Origin: Patescibacteria group bacterium
GTDB taxonomy: Bacteria; Patescibacteriota; Patescibacteriia; UBA1558; GWA2-36-10
Direction of reading: 5' to 3'
Assembly (NCBI GenBank): GCA_028718865.1
Contig: JAQUKX010000001.1
Coordinates: 64,067 to 128,066, forward strand
Length of the DNA: 64,000 nt
Shown: one piece after another, positions 30,701-40,001 of the stretch
Layout: each line of letters starts with the position of its first letter
Numbering within the stretch: position 1 is the stretch's first letter
Position numbers and translations under genes: made by a program
Notes under the pieces: generated by a model
Seen by the model: the letters and a program-made list of their open reading frames with translations, nothing else
Told to the model about the DNA's origin: nothing
The model's database searches: none

Positions 30701-33700
30701 GGCAACGACCCTCACAGTCAAAATCGCTGCTACAAGCAATACTTGCATCTACTTCACAGACATTATTATTATTTTGAGTAATATTAATATTTAATTTAAG
30801 ATTATCCACAAATTGGCTAAAAATATTTATAGTATCCGGCCGAGCGCCAATATTATGCGCTAAAATATAAATATTGGTATACAAATTACCAGATATATTT
30901 GTACCGGCAATATAAATAGTACTGCCTACTTGCAAAGCCTGATAACCATCCACCTCTATCAAAATGCCTGGAATATTGGGGTTGGGGGCATGGCGCAAAA
31001 ACCAATCACGCACTGACAAATGCTGGTCATTTCTCATTATCCTAATACCAATAATATCAATACCTGGCTGAACATCAGCAACAGTCACTACCACTGGCGA
31101 AGAACGACTAAACTGATCGTCTCCGCCCGCACAAGCATCAGCATAAGAAGCCACTATATACTCATAAGTTTGCCCAGAAGCAACTGAAGCATCGGTATAA
31201 TTCAAAGTGGAAGTAGGCAAGGTATTTAGTAGGACATAATTACCGCCTAAAACCCGCCTATAAACCCTGAAGCCAGACGGGGGCAGCTGCAAAGGATTGC
31301 TGGGAGAAGAAGGAGTCAGCCAGCTCAAAGAAACACTATCATCAGTCACTGCTGTCACTTGTAGATTTCTTGGTGCATTAGGTATACACAAATCAATGCC
31401 TTGTTCCTGTCCCTGAGCAGAACCAATACCCAAAAAAGTCAACAGACGATTAAAAGGATTCTCTTTTGCTTGCTTTCTTTGCCGGACCGAATCTGAAGCA
31501 AACGCCAAACTGCCTAATCCGACATCCTCAATATATGAAGAAGTGATCGATGGATTAATAGTAAAAATATACTCCCGCAAACCATCGGTACTAAAATTAT
31601 CTCTAGGCGTAGGCAAATATTGCAAGTGTGGCAAAGATGTGCTACCCGGCAAACCTGAATACTGACAATAGAAAGTAGAAAAATTATAAGTTGACTCATT
31701 CCAAGGAAAGCCAGGAAGACTGGGCCAAGGATTCTCGCAGAAAAAAAGATTGATCAAGCCGCTGGCAGTGGTGGAACTGCCATCATCAGGACTACTGACT
31801 CCCGCACCTAGAGTCACTTGGCCGTTTTGACTGCCAGAAGTAACCAAAGTGTTTCCTGGTAACTGTGCCGCCGCCAAAGTAGCCAAAGAATTACTTAAAG
31901 ACCAAGTAAAATTTAGTAGGCTATTATTGAGAAGCTGGCCGGAAATACTATAGACAAAGGCCTCATAACTGCGCTGATTACCCAGCAAAGGACTGGCATC
32001 ATCAGGACAGTCATTTCTGCCTGTGCAGGTAAACCAGTCTGGAGTAGGGGCAATCCAAGCATTATGGACTCGGCAAGTTTGACCGCCCGTGCTAAAACTC
32101 CAACCCGCCTCGCCTGATAATCCCGGTGGCAAAGACGATAAGCCGGCAGATCCCGCCAAATCCAAAGGTATGTTATTTTGACTGACTACCTGACTAGCAT
32201 CTATTATCGCCATCCAAAATTGAGTATCAGCAGGCAATAAACTGCTAGGATTAAATATTGCCCGAGTTTCTCTTTCTGGATCATCATCCAAATTCATAGT
32301 AACAAAGCGGAAAGAGCCAGGTACTTCAATATAAGAACCATTGTCTTCTCTATATAATTTTATATTATTTCTAATACTCTCCTCGTTCATCCGCTCGGAA
32401 AAATCCAAATAAGGCGAAACATTGGTGCAGATATTTTGTCCAATAGGCTCACGGCCTATGATAGTAGGTGTATTATAAGAAACTGTGGTACCGCTGTTAT
32501 CAATAGTCAATAATCCAAAATCAGAGAAACTGCCGGCAATGGGATCGGTGAGTAAAACATCAACATTAGTACTACCAGACTCAAGAGCTGGTAAATCATT
32601 TCTTACTTGGACAAAACTATTACTACCTGAACCAGGTATTGAAGCTGCTCCTGAGGGAGTAGTATTACTCAAAGACCATTGATAAGTGCAATTAGGACAA
32701 TATACTGGCACGGGTCCGCAATTGGGAATATTGCTAGCCATAGCAGTAGCGTCAAATCTAGAAAGTTGTCCCAGCTGAGTAGATAGCTGTGTGTCGGGAT
32801 CTACATCAGCGCCTGACACCACGCACTGACTATCACCAGTGCTAAAATTCCAGCTAAGACTAACTGTGCTATTACCATCAGAAATAAATCCGGAGCTCAA
32901 AACTATATAATAAGTTTCTCCGGGCAGCAGAGGCCCATTGTAGCCAAAATCCATACGTCTATTGTTGGGGCTGAAAACAACAGAGTCATTAAAAATATTC
33001 GATCCGTTCGGAGCACCTTGATAAATAGCTATATTGCTGATATTAAGCGTGGCCGGCAAAACACTACGATTAAACTCCACTCTGATAATCGGATCCAAAC
33101 ACATGCCATCGCAATTCGGCCAATAATTAGTAATTGCCAAAGGCGTCTGCATAGAACCGCTAATATCCATAAGAAGTTCCCCTTGGGAAACAAAATTTTG
33201 ACCGCCATCAATTATAGTACCTAGTACTTCCGCACTACCTTGGCCAGCCAGCAAAAGATTTTGCACTCCCACTATTTGCTGATTTTGTCCACTGGCAATA
33301 TTTGCCGCTGAACTGTCCGGCAAAACAGCACCCAAAGCCCAGTTGTAAGTACAATTCTGGCAATAAACTATTGTTTCACCGCACTGGGGAGTGCTGCTGA
33401 TAGCATTAAGTCTATAATTGACAATCTGATTGGTAAGACTAGAAGTATAAGTTGACGGCGTAACCCGAGCATTGGAGATAACACACTGGTCATTACCAGT
33501 GGTAAAATCCCAGCTATAATCGGCAGCCAAAGCATTTCCCAATATATCAGTAAAACCTTGGCCCAAAGTAACACTATAAACAACGCCTGGTTGCAAAGGA
33601 ATAGGCAACTGAACATGCAAATATTGACCATTACCGGAAAAGCTATGGACAACTGGAGTAACCAGTGTAGCACCGGCTAACACCCTGATGTCATTTATAT

Positions 33701-36197
33701 CTGCGTGATTGAAAGTGGTTTGATCTATCTCCCTATTAAACCTAACCATCAATTCGGAAGTGGTGCAGGCGCCATCGCAATCAGGCGAGTGACTCAAGAC
33801 TTCCAAATTACCGCTCTCTGAGCTTATGCTCCAAGTATATTCGCAAAAATTAACTGTATCGCAACTGGTGCCACTCATACAAGAACTACCAGCGCTGGTT
33901 GGACAGCAAAGATTGCCTAATCCACTATCCATACATTGCTGATTGCTAGTGCAATTGCCGACATTAAAAGGCCAAGGATTGCTTTCGGTATTATTATTAT
34001 CTCTGACTATCGCCAATCCGGTTTGAGCATTGTTTGGCACACTAGTCATAATCTGATTATTGTTCCAAATCGAAGGAGTAGCCAAAGCGCCGTTGTAAAA
34101 AATAACACTGCCCATAGTAGCGCCAAAATTCTCCCCGACAAAAGTAACTGCCGTGCCTATTGGTCCGTTGTCTGGAGAGACATTACAGATCTGCGGTCCA
34201 GGCAAGCCGGCTAATACTTGGAAATTAACTGAATTGCTTTCAGCTTGGTCTGAATTTCTAATTACCCTAATAGGTTGTCCGCCCAAAGGCAAGCCAGAGG
34301 GCACCTTGACAATAATCCTGTCATTACGCCAATAATTACCGCCGCAAATCGCCGGAAAGCTAAAATCTCCATCTATACTGCCAAACAAAACTCTTCCTTG
34401 AGTATTGCCAAAGTTGGCTCCCATAATAGTGACATACTGGCCTATTGGGCCAGAATTTGGACTGACGCTATTGATTATAGGCAAACCACTTACTTGAGAT
34501 AAAGCTGTAAAAGGATAGGAATTACTCTCTTCTTCACTCGGAGATTCTATAACTACTCCTACATTACCCACTACATTGGGCACTTGGGCGGTATAAAGAT
34601 ATTGGGAAGAAAAATTAACCACACTGCTTTGGAAATTACCAAAATGAATCTGGCTATTATCCGCAAACTTCAAGCCATGGATGGTCACGCTTGTTTCAAA
34701 CGCGCCTGACAGGGGATCCAAACGGCAAATACCAGGCCGGTCAATGTTGTTTCTGGTAAATTGCACACCATTGCTCGTCTCTCCTCCTTCACTTATATCT
34801 TTCGTGATCGTCAATAAGCCATTTACAGCCGCTGCAGGCACAGCAATGACAATATAATTATCAGTCCAGGTATTGCTACACTGATTATTTATATCCGCCG
34901 GACGAATGCCATTGACAGTTGCGCCAGCGCCAGCGTCAAACGTCACTACTCCTTCCAAATCTCCAAAACCACTTCCATAAATGGTAATCAAATTACCTTC
35001 GTTGCCATTATCAGGAGAGATAGAATCAATCCTCGGCCCACCGGGCGTGCCGCTACCGGCACAAATAGCCGCTGGTAGACATGAATTTGACCGACAACAC
35101 CCTGAAGAACAATCGTTTCCCGAAGAACACTCTACTGTAAAAAACTCATTATCACTCTGACCACCGACTTCCACTACTACCTGACTGCTAAGAGCATTGG
35201 CCGGCACCTGGAAATTTATCAAATTATCTGTCCAATTGCTTATATTCAAATCAGTGTTGGTCAAATCAATTGTTTGATCATTTAGCCAGCCCAACATACT
35301 TAAACTTCCTTGAGTATTACCAAAGCCTATACCTTCTATATCCACGTTAATGGGCGCCGTGGCGCTATCAGGATTGAGACAATGGATATCTGGTCCAGTT
35401 ACATTACTGTCAACATTAAAGACAAAATCTGCCAGACCTGGCGGCACTTCATTTATGTTTCCCAAATCATTATAAAGATGAATGGTATAAAGGCCGTCAG
35501 TCAAGGTCAGAGGCACTCTCACATTTACTCTAGTATTTGACCAAGAATTGGCTGTTGTGCCGCCACAGACTACTAATTCAGCAACTGTTTCAGCCCCGCC
35601 AGCATCTCTTAATAAGACTCTACCATCCGCGTCCGGGTTATTATTTCCATTGGTATCAAAATTACGACCCCTGATAGTAATAGAAGCTCCCGGAGGCCCT
35701 GATTGCCTGTTTGTACTGCAAATAATAGGATTATCAGGATTAAGTGGCGCCGGACAATTACTCTGGCCGCCAGGAGGAGGAATACCATTTCCCGGTGTTC
35801 CCGGTGTTCCCGGACCAGTAGCATCATAGAGCTGATTCAGCACAAATCTAGCAATGCCATAAGAAGCCAAAATAATCACCAGACCAATAACAGCACTAAT
35901 AATCAGCATTTTGGCTCTTTGAATTTTGTCAGTTGCCCCGCGCGAGGTCATCCATAAAAATCCGCCATAAAGGAGCAGAAGCACCGCCAAAGTTCCCAAA
36001 AATCCCAAAAATATATTTATCACCAAAGCAATGGTTTCTTGAATAGACCTGGTACCCAAATAAACACCGGCATCAGCCAATTCATCAATGCCCAGCTCCT
36101 GGGCAGCTTGCGCCTGCACTTTGCTCATACTGACCAAAAACAAAGAAGAAGCGCTAAAAGTGATAAAAAATATTTTTTGCATGGCTATATTAAACAT
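27768..36197 (-). CDS. Giant (2809 aa) pilin-fusion surface protein: VirB2/TrbC-like pilin, IPT/TIG, Ig-like (Big_5), Fn3, Cys-rich repeats, vWA
   Basis: Signal + two-TM hairpin (YGGFLWMTSRG...KAK-like); PxxGxxGxxxTIxG repeats; FNR/FSE Big_5-like motifs; APRNL Fn3; CGDG..E.CD repeats; DVSGS MIDAS motif. Confidence 0.85.
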   Translation of the reverse strand: MFNIAMQKIFFITFSASSLFLVSMSKVQAQAAQELGIDELADAGVYLGTRSIQETIALVINIFLGFLGTLAVLLLLYGGFLWMTSRGATDKIQRAKMLIISAVIGLVIILASYGIARFVLNQLYDATGPGTPGTPGNGIPPPGGQSNCPAPLNPDNPIICSTNRQSGPPGASITIRGRNFDTNGNNNPDADGRVLLRDAGGAETVAELVVCGGTTANSWSNTRVNVRVPLTLTDGLYTIHLYNDLGNINEVPPGLADFVFNVDSNVTGPDIHCLNPDSATAPINVDIEGIGFGNTQGSLSMLGWLNDQTIDLTNTDLNISNWTDNLINFQVPANALSSQVVVEVGGQSDNEFFTVECSSGNDCSSGCCRSNSCLPAAICAGSGTPGGPRIDSISPDNGNEGNLITIYGSGFGDLEGVVTFDAGAGATVNGIRPADINNQCSNTWTDNYIVIAVPAAAVNGLLTITKDISEGGETSNGVQFTRNNIDRPGICRLDPLSGAFETSVTIHGLKFADNSQIHFGNFQSSVVNFSSQYLYTAQVPNVVGNVGVVIESPSEEESNSYPFTALSQVSGLPIINSVSPNSGPIGQYVTIMGANFGNTQGRVLFGSIDGDFSFPAICGGNYWRNDRIIVKVPSGLPLGGQPIRVIRNSDQAESNSVNFQVLAGLPGPQICNVSPDNGPIGTAVTFVGENFGATMGSVIFYNGALATPSIWNNNQIMTSVPNNAQTGLAIVRDNNNTESNPWPFNVGNCTSNQQCMDSGLGNLCCPTSAGSSCMSGTSCDTVNFCEYTWSISSESGNLEVLSHSPDCDGACTTSELMVRFNREIDQTTFNHADINDIRVLAGATLVTPVVHSFSGNGQYLHVQLPIPLQPGVVYSVTLGQGFTDILGNALAADYSWDFTTGNDQCVISNARVTPSTYTSSLTNQIVNYRLNAISSTPQCGETIVYCQNCTYNWALGAVLPDSSAANIASGQNQQIVGVQNLLLAGQGSAEVLGTIIDGGQNFVSQGELLMDISGSMQTPLAITNYWPNCDGMCLDPIIRVEFNRSVLPATLNISNIAIYQGAPNGSNIFNDSVVFSPNNRRMDFGYNGPLLPGETYYIVLSSGFISDGNSTVSLSWNFSTGDSQCVVSGADVDPDTQLSTQLGQLSRFDATAMASNIPNCGPVPVYCPNCTYQWSLSNTTPSGAASIPGSGSNSFVQVRNDLPALESGSTNVDVLLTDPIAGSFSDFGLLTIDNSGTTVSYNTPTIIGREPIGQNICTNVSPYLDFSERMNEESIRNNIKLYREDNGSYIEVPGSFRFVTMNLDDDPERETRAIFNPSSLLPADTQFWMAIIDASQVVSQNNIPLDLAGSAGLSSLPPGLSGEAGWSFSTGGQTCRVHNAWIAPTPDWFTCTGRNDCPDDASPLLGNQRSYEAFVYSISGQLLNNSLLNFTWSLSNSLATLAAAQLPGNTLVTSGSQNGQVTLGAGVSSPDDGSSTTASGLINLFFCENPWPSLPGFPWNESTYNFSTFYCQYSGLPGSTSLPHLQYLPTPRDNFSTDGLREYIFTINPSITSSYIEDVGLGSLAFASDSVRQRKQAKENPFNRLLTFLGIGSAQGQEQGIDLCIPNAPRNLQVTAVTDDSVSLSWLTPSSPSNPLQLPPSGFRVYRRVLGGNYVLLNTLPTSTLNYTDASVASGQTYEYIVASYADACAGGDDQFSRSSPVVVTVADVQPGIDIIGIRIMRNDQHLSVRDWFLRHAPNPNIPGILIEVDGYQALQVGSTIYIAGTNISGNLYTNIYILAHNIGARPDTINIFSQFVDNLKLNINITQNNNNVCEVDASIACSSDFDCEGRCLSQGLKLRRDTKRLADLVSIALRLEEYGQSHKACSGNSLMACAQDNDCPGTQTCRPYYPILGAGTYVQGMSTSPWPSWQDAFSSALGSLAAVDPINRFNGCPEGADPATCWNQSVDPNTFVCPQNSLVYLYNVLSGGQDYDLGANFEYDIYPAQYNINFVNRLRPTLSSLGINVNLGLVSYCNATNLNAPGGPASPYCGNGIVDGNEQCDGGFINACPANYDWWTPRMVGCNPPGTIGSNGNDISCTWYVPDPPFGEAECGGYCGDGTIQSYYEQCEGNNFAGDFICQSGHGLFCGQGCQAMCNQGPNAYPAARCGDGVWSAGIEQCDSSASPSGLSTWGCTNGGVASCNSSCQVTCSVGAPYAGYCGDGIVQAEEQCDYMNYSTPSPHDSGPNLAYACNTLCQFTSQYCGDGTLQSQFGENCDYLMNYSTPSPPNSTPFNQYACRPHGVGYFTYNGLNYGACSPTYGGWCGDGVWDLGNDEFCDPGDPWRGITQSPAPPSPDQSSQTNQYSCRADCLARIGGYCGDGIAQLAYSEVCDGLHYPNRPLPAQSGPDNTYTCDMTGSFMCQRSDPSGPYCGDGIRQVFFGEGCDWGPGGNNPPGGSFPWPRGSNFANFSSPNNQYECVSCGNTGGWCGDGIVQQWEQCDTGFDPAVQIEKDIDIVYVFDVSGSMYDRAVALCSSLQQVVNNLDSGAYGDIDYRISIFVMGDNDGGIVSADGSGVPGGGVYTNPVTPTYLTPITIDDIPSLSPWLGSAGWLDESQVVFKALYTDCPLRQAPYNQRVRYLSFYNNSSNDINSEVSADGDQVLYGERCQDYLNIIGNPDPGFISGHGDAAGRLSNWGYAMTKIIPDYNWLPGYHRLLIPVSDEGGYCGSNASILRANENCNPDTSFGSGTHDVLAHSIDLANSQNTKVAISPVLFTNFHAELAAHGQCLADGTGGRYLSSTTGWSAATISVINSTFCDGRGDGFMDCTLPTP

Positions 36198-36204
36198 TTT
36201 TTTA

Positions 36205-37830
36205 CTAAGGCACCTGACAATTCACTCCCGGACATTGCGAGCCAGAGGCATTATTATCACAAACACAAGACCCGCCTACTGGATCTTCGCAAGCACAAGG
36301 ATACCAGCAATTTTGCCTGGCATCTTTAATGCCGGAATTAAGCGTAACTCTATAATCAGCACTCAAATCAAAAGTGTCATGCTGAATTCTCAAAGTATCT
36401 CCCGGGCTGCCGCTGTCAATTCTCATCCAATAATTTATCAAGCCACCACCGGATCTTGTTAAATTAACGCTATTGGTATTTATAGAGCTGGAAAGAAGTG
36501 TTTTGTCAAAAACAACTCGAATAGGTTCATTTGCGCCAACGCTATTTGGCTCGTCCATACTGCTAATAACCGGCGGCGTCAAATCAATCTGATTATTAGT
36601 GGCAAACTGCCAGCCATAGCTGGTAGGCGCTACTGCAGCCACACCGCAACTCCCGGCGCAATTGAGTTGATTACCGGCCATATCACGAATATTATTGGTA
36701 ACCTCGCCGATAAAATCAGCGCCGCCGGGAAGGCAATAGACTTCTCCGCCACAGGAATTGTTGCCACAAAGGTCATCCGTCATAAACTCAATTGTCTGAT
36801 ATTGATTGGAAATAACATACTCTCCTGCTACTGGTGAACCTGCCGTACTCACCGTGATGTTGGCAAAAGAAGGGTGTATGCCCACGGCAAATAGCGGATT
36901 GACCGCTTCAGAAAAATTTATTTGCACTATACTGTTTCGAGGATTATTACTTGAATTGTGCCTAGGTTGAACTGAAATAACACGAGGCGGAGCAAGATCA
37001 AGATCGGTACTGACAGTAAAACGCCAGCTATAACCCCCAACCAGCGGAAAAGCCGCTGCTCCAGCAGCTGTACGCAAAGAAGCCAAGTCCATCCTATATC
37101 TGACATTTTCCGTATCACTGCCTAAATGACTATCGGTGTTGCCATAAGGATTAAACTCAAAAACTCGCGGACTAGCCGTATAGCTAATCAGCAAATCACT
37201 ACCGCTAATATAATTATTTGTCCCATCTATATATAACCTGATATTTGTTTCATGAGCCGGACAATCGCTAACACAACTGGCATTAGCCACAATAGTAGAA
37301 ACATCCATATCTTCTCTAAAAGTCACGTAAATATTGGTATTTCTAGGAATCCCCGTAGCATTTCTAGCCGGATAATGACTATCTAGAACTCCGCCTGACA
37401 ATCCAACGCCGCCGCTGTAGCCGCTGCCTACTCCCGAACCACCAGGCCCCTGAATAACATAACGATCATAGTTCTGTAAAATAAAGCGAGCAATAGCATA
37501 GGAAGATAATACTATTACCAAACCAATCACTCCGTTGATAATGATTCTCTTAGCTTTATCTACCTTATCGGAACTACCTCCGGACGTCATCCAAATAAAA
37601 CCGCCGTAGAGTATGATCAAGGTGGTCAAAACTCCCAAAAATCCTAAAAATATATTTATAATCAAAGCAATGGTCTGACGTATATCTCTAGTGCCCAAAT
37701 TAACGCCAGCGTCTGCCAACTCATCAATACCCAATTCTTGAGCAGCTTGAGCCAAAGATAGCTGGGGGAATAAAAAAATAACCGCCAAAAACAAAATAAA
37801 TAAAACGGTTATTTTTTTACGACTAAGCAT
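36205..37830 (-). CDS. Pilin-fusion protein: VirB2/TrbC-like N-terminus + Ig-like (Big_5) domains
   Basis: N-terminus nearly identical to the giant protein; PRNTNIYVTF, PRNSIVQINFSE, PIRVVFDK. Confidence 0.85.
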   Translation of the reverse strand: MLSRKKITVLFILFLAVIFLFPQLSLAQAAQELGIDELADAGVNLGTRDIRQTIALIINIFLGFLGVLTTLIILYGGFIWMTSGGSSDKVDKAKRIIINGVIGLVIVLSSYAIARFILQNYDRYVIQGPGGSGVGSGYSGGVGLSGGVLDSHYPARNATGIPRNTNIYVTFREDMDVSTIVANASCVSDCPAHETNIRLYIDGTNNYISGSDLLISYTASPRVFEFNPYGNTDSHLGSDTENVRYRMDLASLRTAAGAAAFPLVGGYSWRFTVSTDLDLAPPRVISVQPRHNSSNNPRNSIVQINFSEAVNPLFAVGIHPSFANITVSTAGSPVAGEYVISNQYQTIEFMTDDLCGNNSCGGEVYCLPGGADFIGEVTNNIRDMAGNQLNCAGSCGVAAVAPTSYGWQFATNNQIDLTPPVISSMDEPNSVGANEPIRVVFDKTLLSSSINTNSVNLTRSGGGLINYWMRIDSGSPGDTLRIQHDTFDLSADYRVTLNSGIKDARQNCWYPCACEDPVGGSCVCDNNASGSQCPGVNCQVP

Positions 37831-37853
37831 GGGTTTTATCTTAAACTAATTAA

Positions 37854-38297
37854 TCAAAGGTCCAATTTTTCTTTTATCAGACGCTGGACCAAAGAGCCTT
37901 CGGCTCGGCCTTGCAGTCTGACCATGGCTTCTTTCATAGCCGGGCCAAAATCATTTTTGCCTTCACTAATAATCTGATCAATTATTTTACTCGCTTCTTC
38001 CTCTGAGAGCATGGCCGGCAGATAAGCCTGCAAAATCTCCGCCTCCTGCTTTTCTTTTTGGGCCAGATCAGCTCTATTGGCCTGCTGATAAGCGGCCATG
38101 GAGTCTTGTCTTTTTTTTAGCTCTTTTCTGATAAGAGCCAAGACATCATTATCGGACAATGCTTGGTGTTTTTTCTCAATAAAAAAATTCTTCAGAGCGC
38201 TTCTCAGCAAGCGCAAAGTCTGAAGCCTGATTTCATCTTTTTCTTTTAGGGCAGACTTGAGATCTTGTTCTATTTTTTCTTCCAAAGAAATATCCAT
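37854..38297 (-). CDS. yqeY: GatB/YqeY domain protein
   Basis: DLKSALKEKDEIRLQTLR...KKRQDS...YLP; follows rpsU. Confidence 0.93.
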   Translation of the reverse strand: MDISLEEKIEQDLKSALKEKDEIRLQTLRLLRSALKNFFIEKKHQALSDNDVLALIRKELKKRQDSMAAYQQANRADLAQKEKQEAEILQAYLPAMLSEEEASKIIDQIISEGKNDFGPAMKEAMVRLQGRAEGSLVQRLIKEKLDL

Positions 38298-38301
38298 TTA
38301 T

Positions 38302-38559
38302 CTATCGCTTTTTGTTGCTTTTTCCTTTTTTGAAGCCGCCAAAATCCTCTAGCTTACCGATGCGCTTAAGATAATCCATTTTGGTGCCTATCTTATTGCG
38401 TCTGAGAGCGCCTTCTTTTAGAGCTCGCTTGCTTTTCTCCTTGGTGAAAAATCTTACTTTTTTAGCTTGCAAAATTTTGCCGCTTTGGATTGTTTTTTTG
38501 GTAAATCTACGAATTAAACTTTCAAAAGATTCTCCGTCCTTCCTCTTTACTTCCAACAC
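38302..38559 (-). CDS. rpsU: 30S ribosomal protein S21
   Basis: EVKRKDGESFESLIRRF; rpsU-yqeY synteny; GTG start. Confidence 0.9.
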   Translation of the reverse strand: MLEVKRKDGESFESLIRRFTKKTIQSGKILQAKKVRFFTKEKSKRALKEGALRRNKIGTKMDYLKRIGKLEDFGGFKKGKSNKKR

Positions 38560-38565
38560 TTAAAA

Positions 38566-38574
38566 ATCACCTCC
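38566..38574 (-). promoter_or_regulatory. Strong Shine-Dalgarno of rpsU
   Basis: GGAGGTGAT, a 9-nt complement of the canonical anti-SD, 6 nt before the GTG. Confidence 0.85.
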
Positions 38575-38658
38575 GTTTCTTAAAAATAAATTATTTAATA
38601 ATAATTTCTATTTTCTAATTTCTGCTATAATAATGACAAATTATCACTCAAAAGTCAA

Positions 38659-39996
38659 CTACTGAACTGGTTTTTTGAGCTTGATTTGCTTGGCAGCGTG
38701 AGCAGCCAGTCTTTTTTTGATTTCTGACTTGATTTTGTTGAAATCCACTACCTCTTGAACGCCACTTTCCATATCGCGAATAATAATAGTGCCGTCGCTT
38801 ATTTCCTTTTGTCCCAAAATCAAAGTAAACTTGGCACCCTTTTTATCAGCAATATCAAGCTGGTCTTTTAGGCCTTTTTTGGAAAAATTTTCCCACAGAA
38901 GCAGCTCCTCTTTTCTTAACTGTTCAAAAAGAAATAATGATTTTTTGCGAGCTTCTTGCCCTAGTTGGGCAACATAAACATCAATTTCTTTTTTTCTCGG
39001 CACTTCCACTTTGTTTTCTGCCATGGCCAAAATAATTCTTTCTACACCCAAAGCAAAACCAACGGCCGGAGTTGGCCGGCCGCCCAAATCCTCCACCAGA
39101 TAATCATAACGACCGCCGCCACCCAAGGCGCTGAGCTTGCCCTCCGGCTTATCACTCTGACTGATAAATATCTCCCAAGCTGTCCGGCTATAATAATCCA
39201 ATCCCCGGACTATAGCCGGATTGAGCACATAATTGATATTCATTTCATCAAGATATTCAACTACTGCCATAAAATGCTCTTTGCAAGGTTCGCAAAGATG
39301 ATCCAGTATCTGCGGAGCTCCTTGGGAAATCTCCTGGCATTTTTTGTTTTTACAATCCAAAAGCCGCAAAGGATTTTTGCCCAGACGCTTCAAGCAATCT
39401 TTGCATAATTCTTTTTTGTTGTCCTGATAATATTTTTTCAAAACTTTGATATACTGAGGGCGGCACTGGTTGTCGCCGATGCTGTTGACATGGATTTCTG
39501 CTTCTAGCCCCAAATCTTTGATAAGATTATAAGAAATGCCAATAAGCTGAGCATCAATCACTGGATCGCTTTCACCAAAAACCTCGCAACCGAACTGCCA
39601 AAACTGGCGGTAACGGCCGGCTTGAGGATTGTCATGGCGAAACTGCGGACCAAAATAAAAAAGCTTGACCGGCTGAGGCAAGTTGACCATGCCGTGCTCA
39701 ATATAAGCTCTGGCCACCGAAGCAGTGTTTTCCGGACGAAGCGACAGCTTATCACCACCTTGAGTGACAAAAGAATACATTTCTTTGCTGACTATATCAC
39801 TTTCTTCCCCGACTGTCCGCTTAAACAAATTGCTGAATTCCAAAATTGGCGTATCAATGCGCTTGAAGCCGTAAGCTTGCGAAATAGCATCGGCTTTTTC
39901 TTTGATAAAATCCCAATAAGGCTGATCATCGGGCAAAATGTCCTTCATGCCCTTGACCAGTTGGATTTTGTTCTTCTTGGATTTTTTGCTGCTCAT
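38659..39996 (-). CDS. hisS: Histidine--tRNA ligase
   Basis: KGMKDILP, LRPENTA, PQAGRYRQFWQ, VRGLDYY, GGGRYD. Confidence 0.98.
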   Translation of the reverse strand: MSSKKSKKNKIQLVKGMKDILPDDQPYWDFIKEKADAISQAYGFKRIDTPILEFSNLFKRTVGEESDIVSKEMYSFVTQGGDKLSLRPENTASVARAYIEHGMVNLPQPVKLFYFGPQFRHDNPQAGRYRQFWQFGCEVFGESDPVIDAQLIGISYNLIKDLGLEAEIHVNSIGDNQCRPQYIKVLKKYYQDNKKELCKDCLKRLGKNPLRLLDCKNKKCQEISQGAPQILDHLCEPCKEHFMAVVEYLDEMNINYVLNPAIVRGLDYYSRTAWEIFISQSDKPEGKLSALGGGGRYDYLVEDLGGRPTPAVGFALGVERIILAMAENKVEVPRKKEIDVYVAQLGQEARKKSLFLFEQLRKEELLLWENFSKKGLKDQLDIADKKGAKFTLILGQKEISDGTIIIRDMESGVQEVVDFNKIKSEIKKRLAAHAAKQIKLKKPVQ

Positions 39997-40001
39997 AATA
40001 T

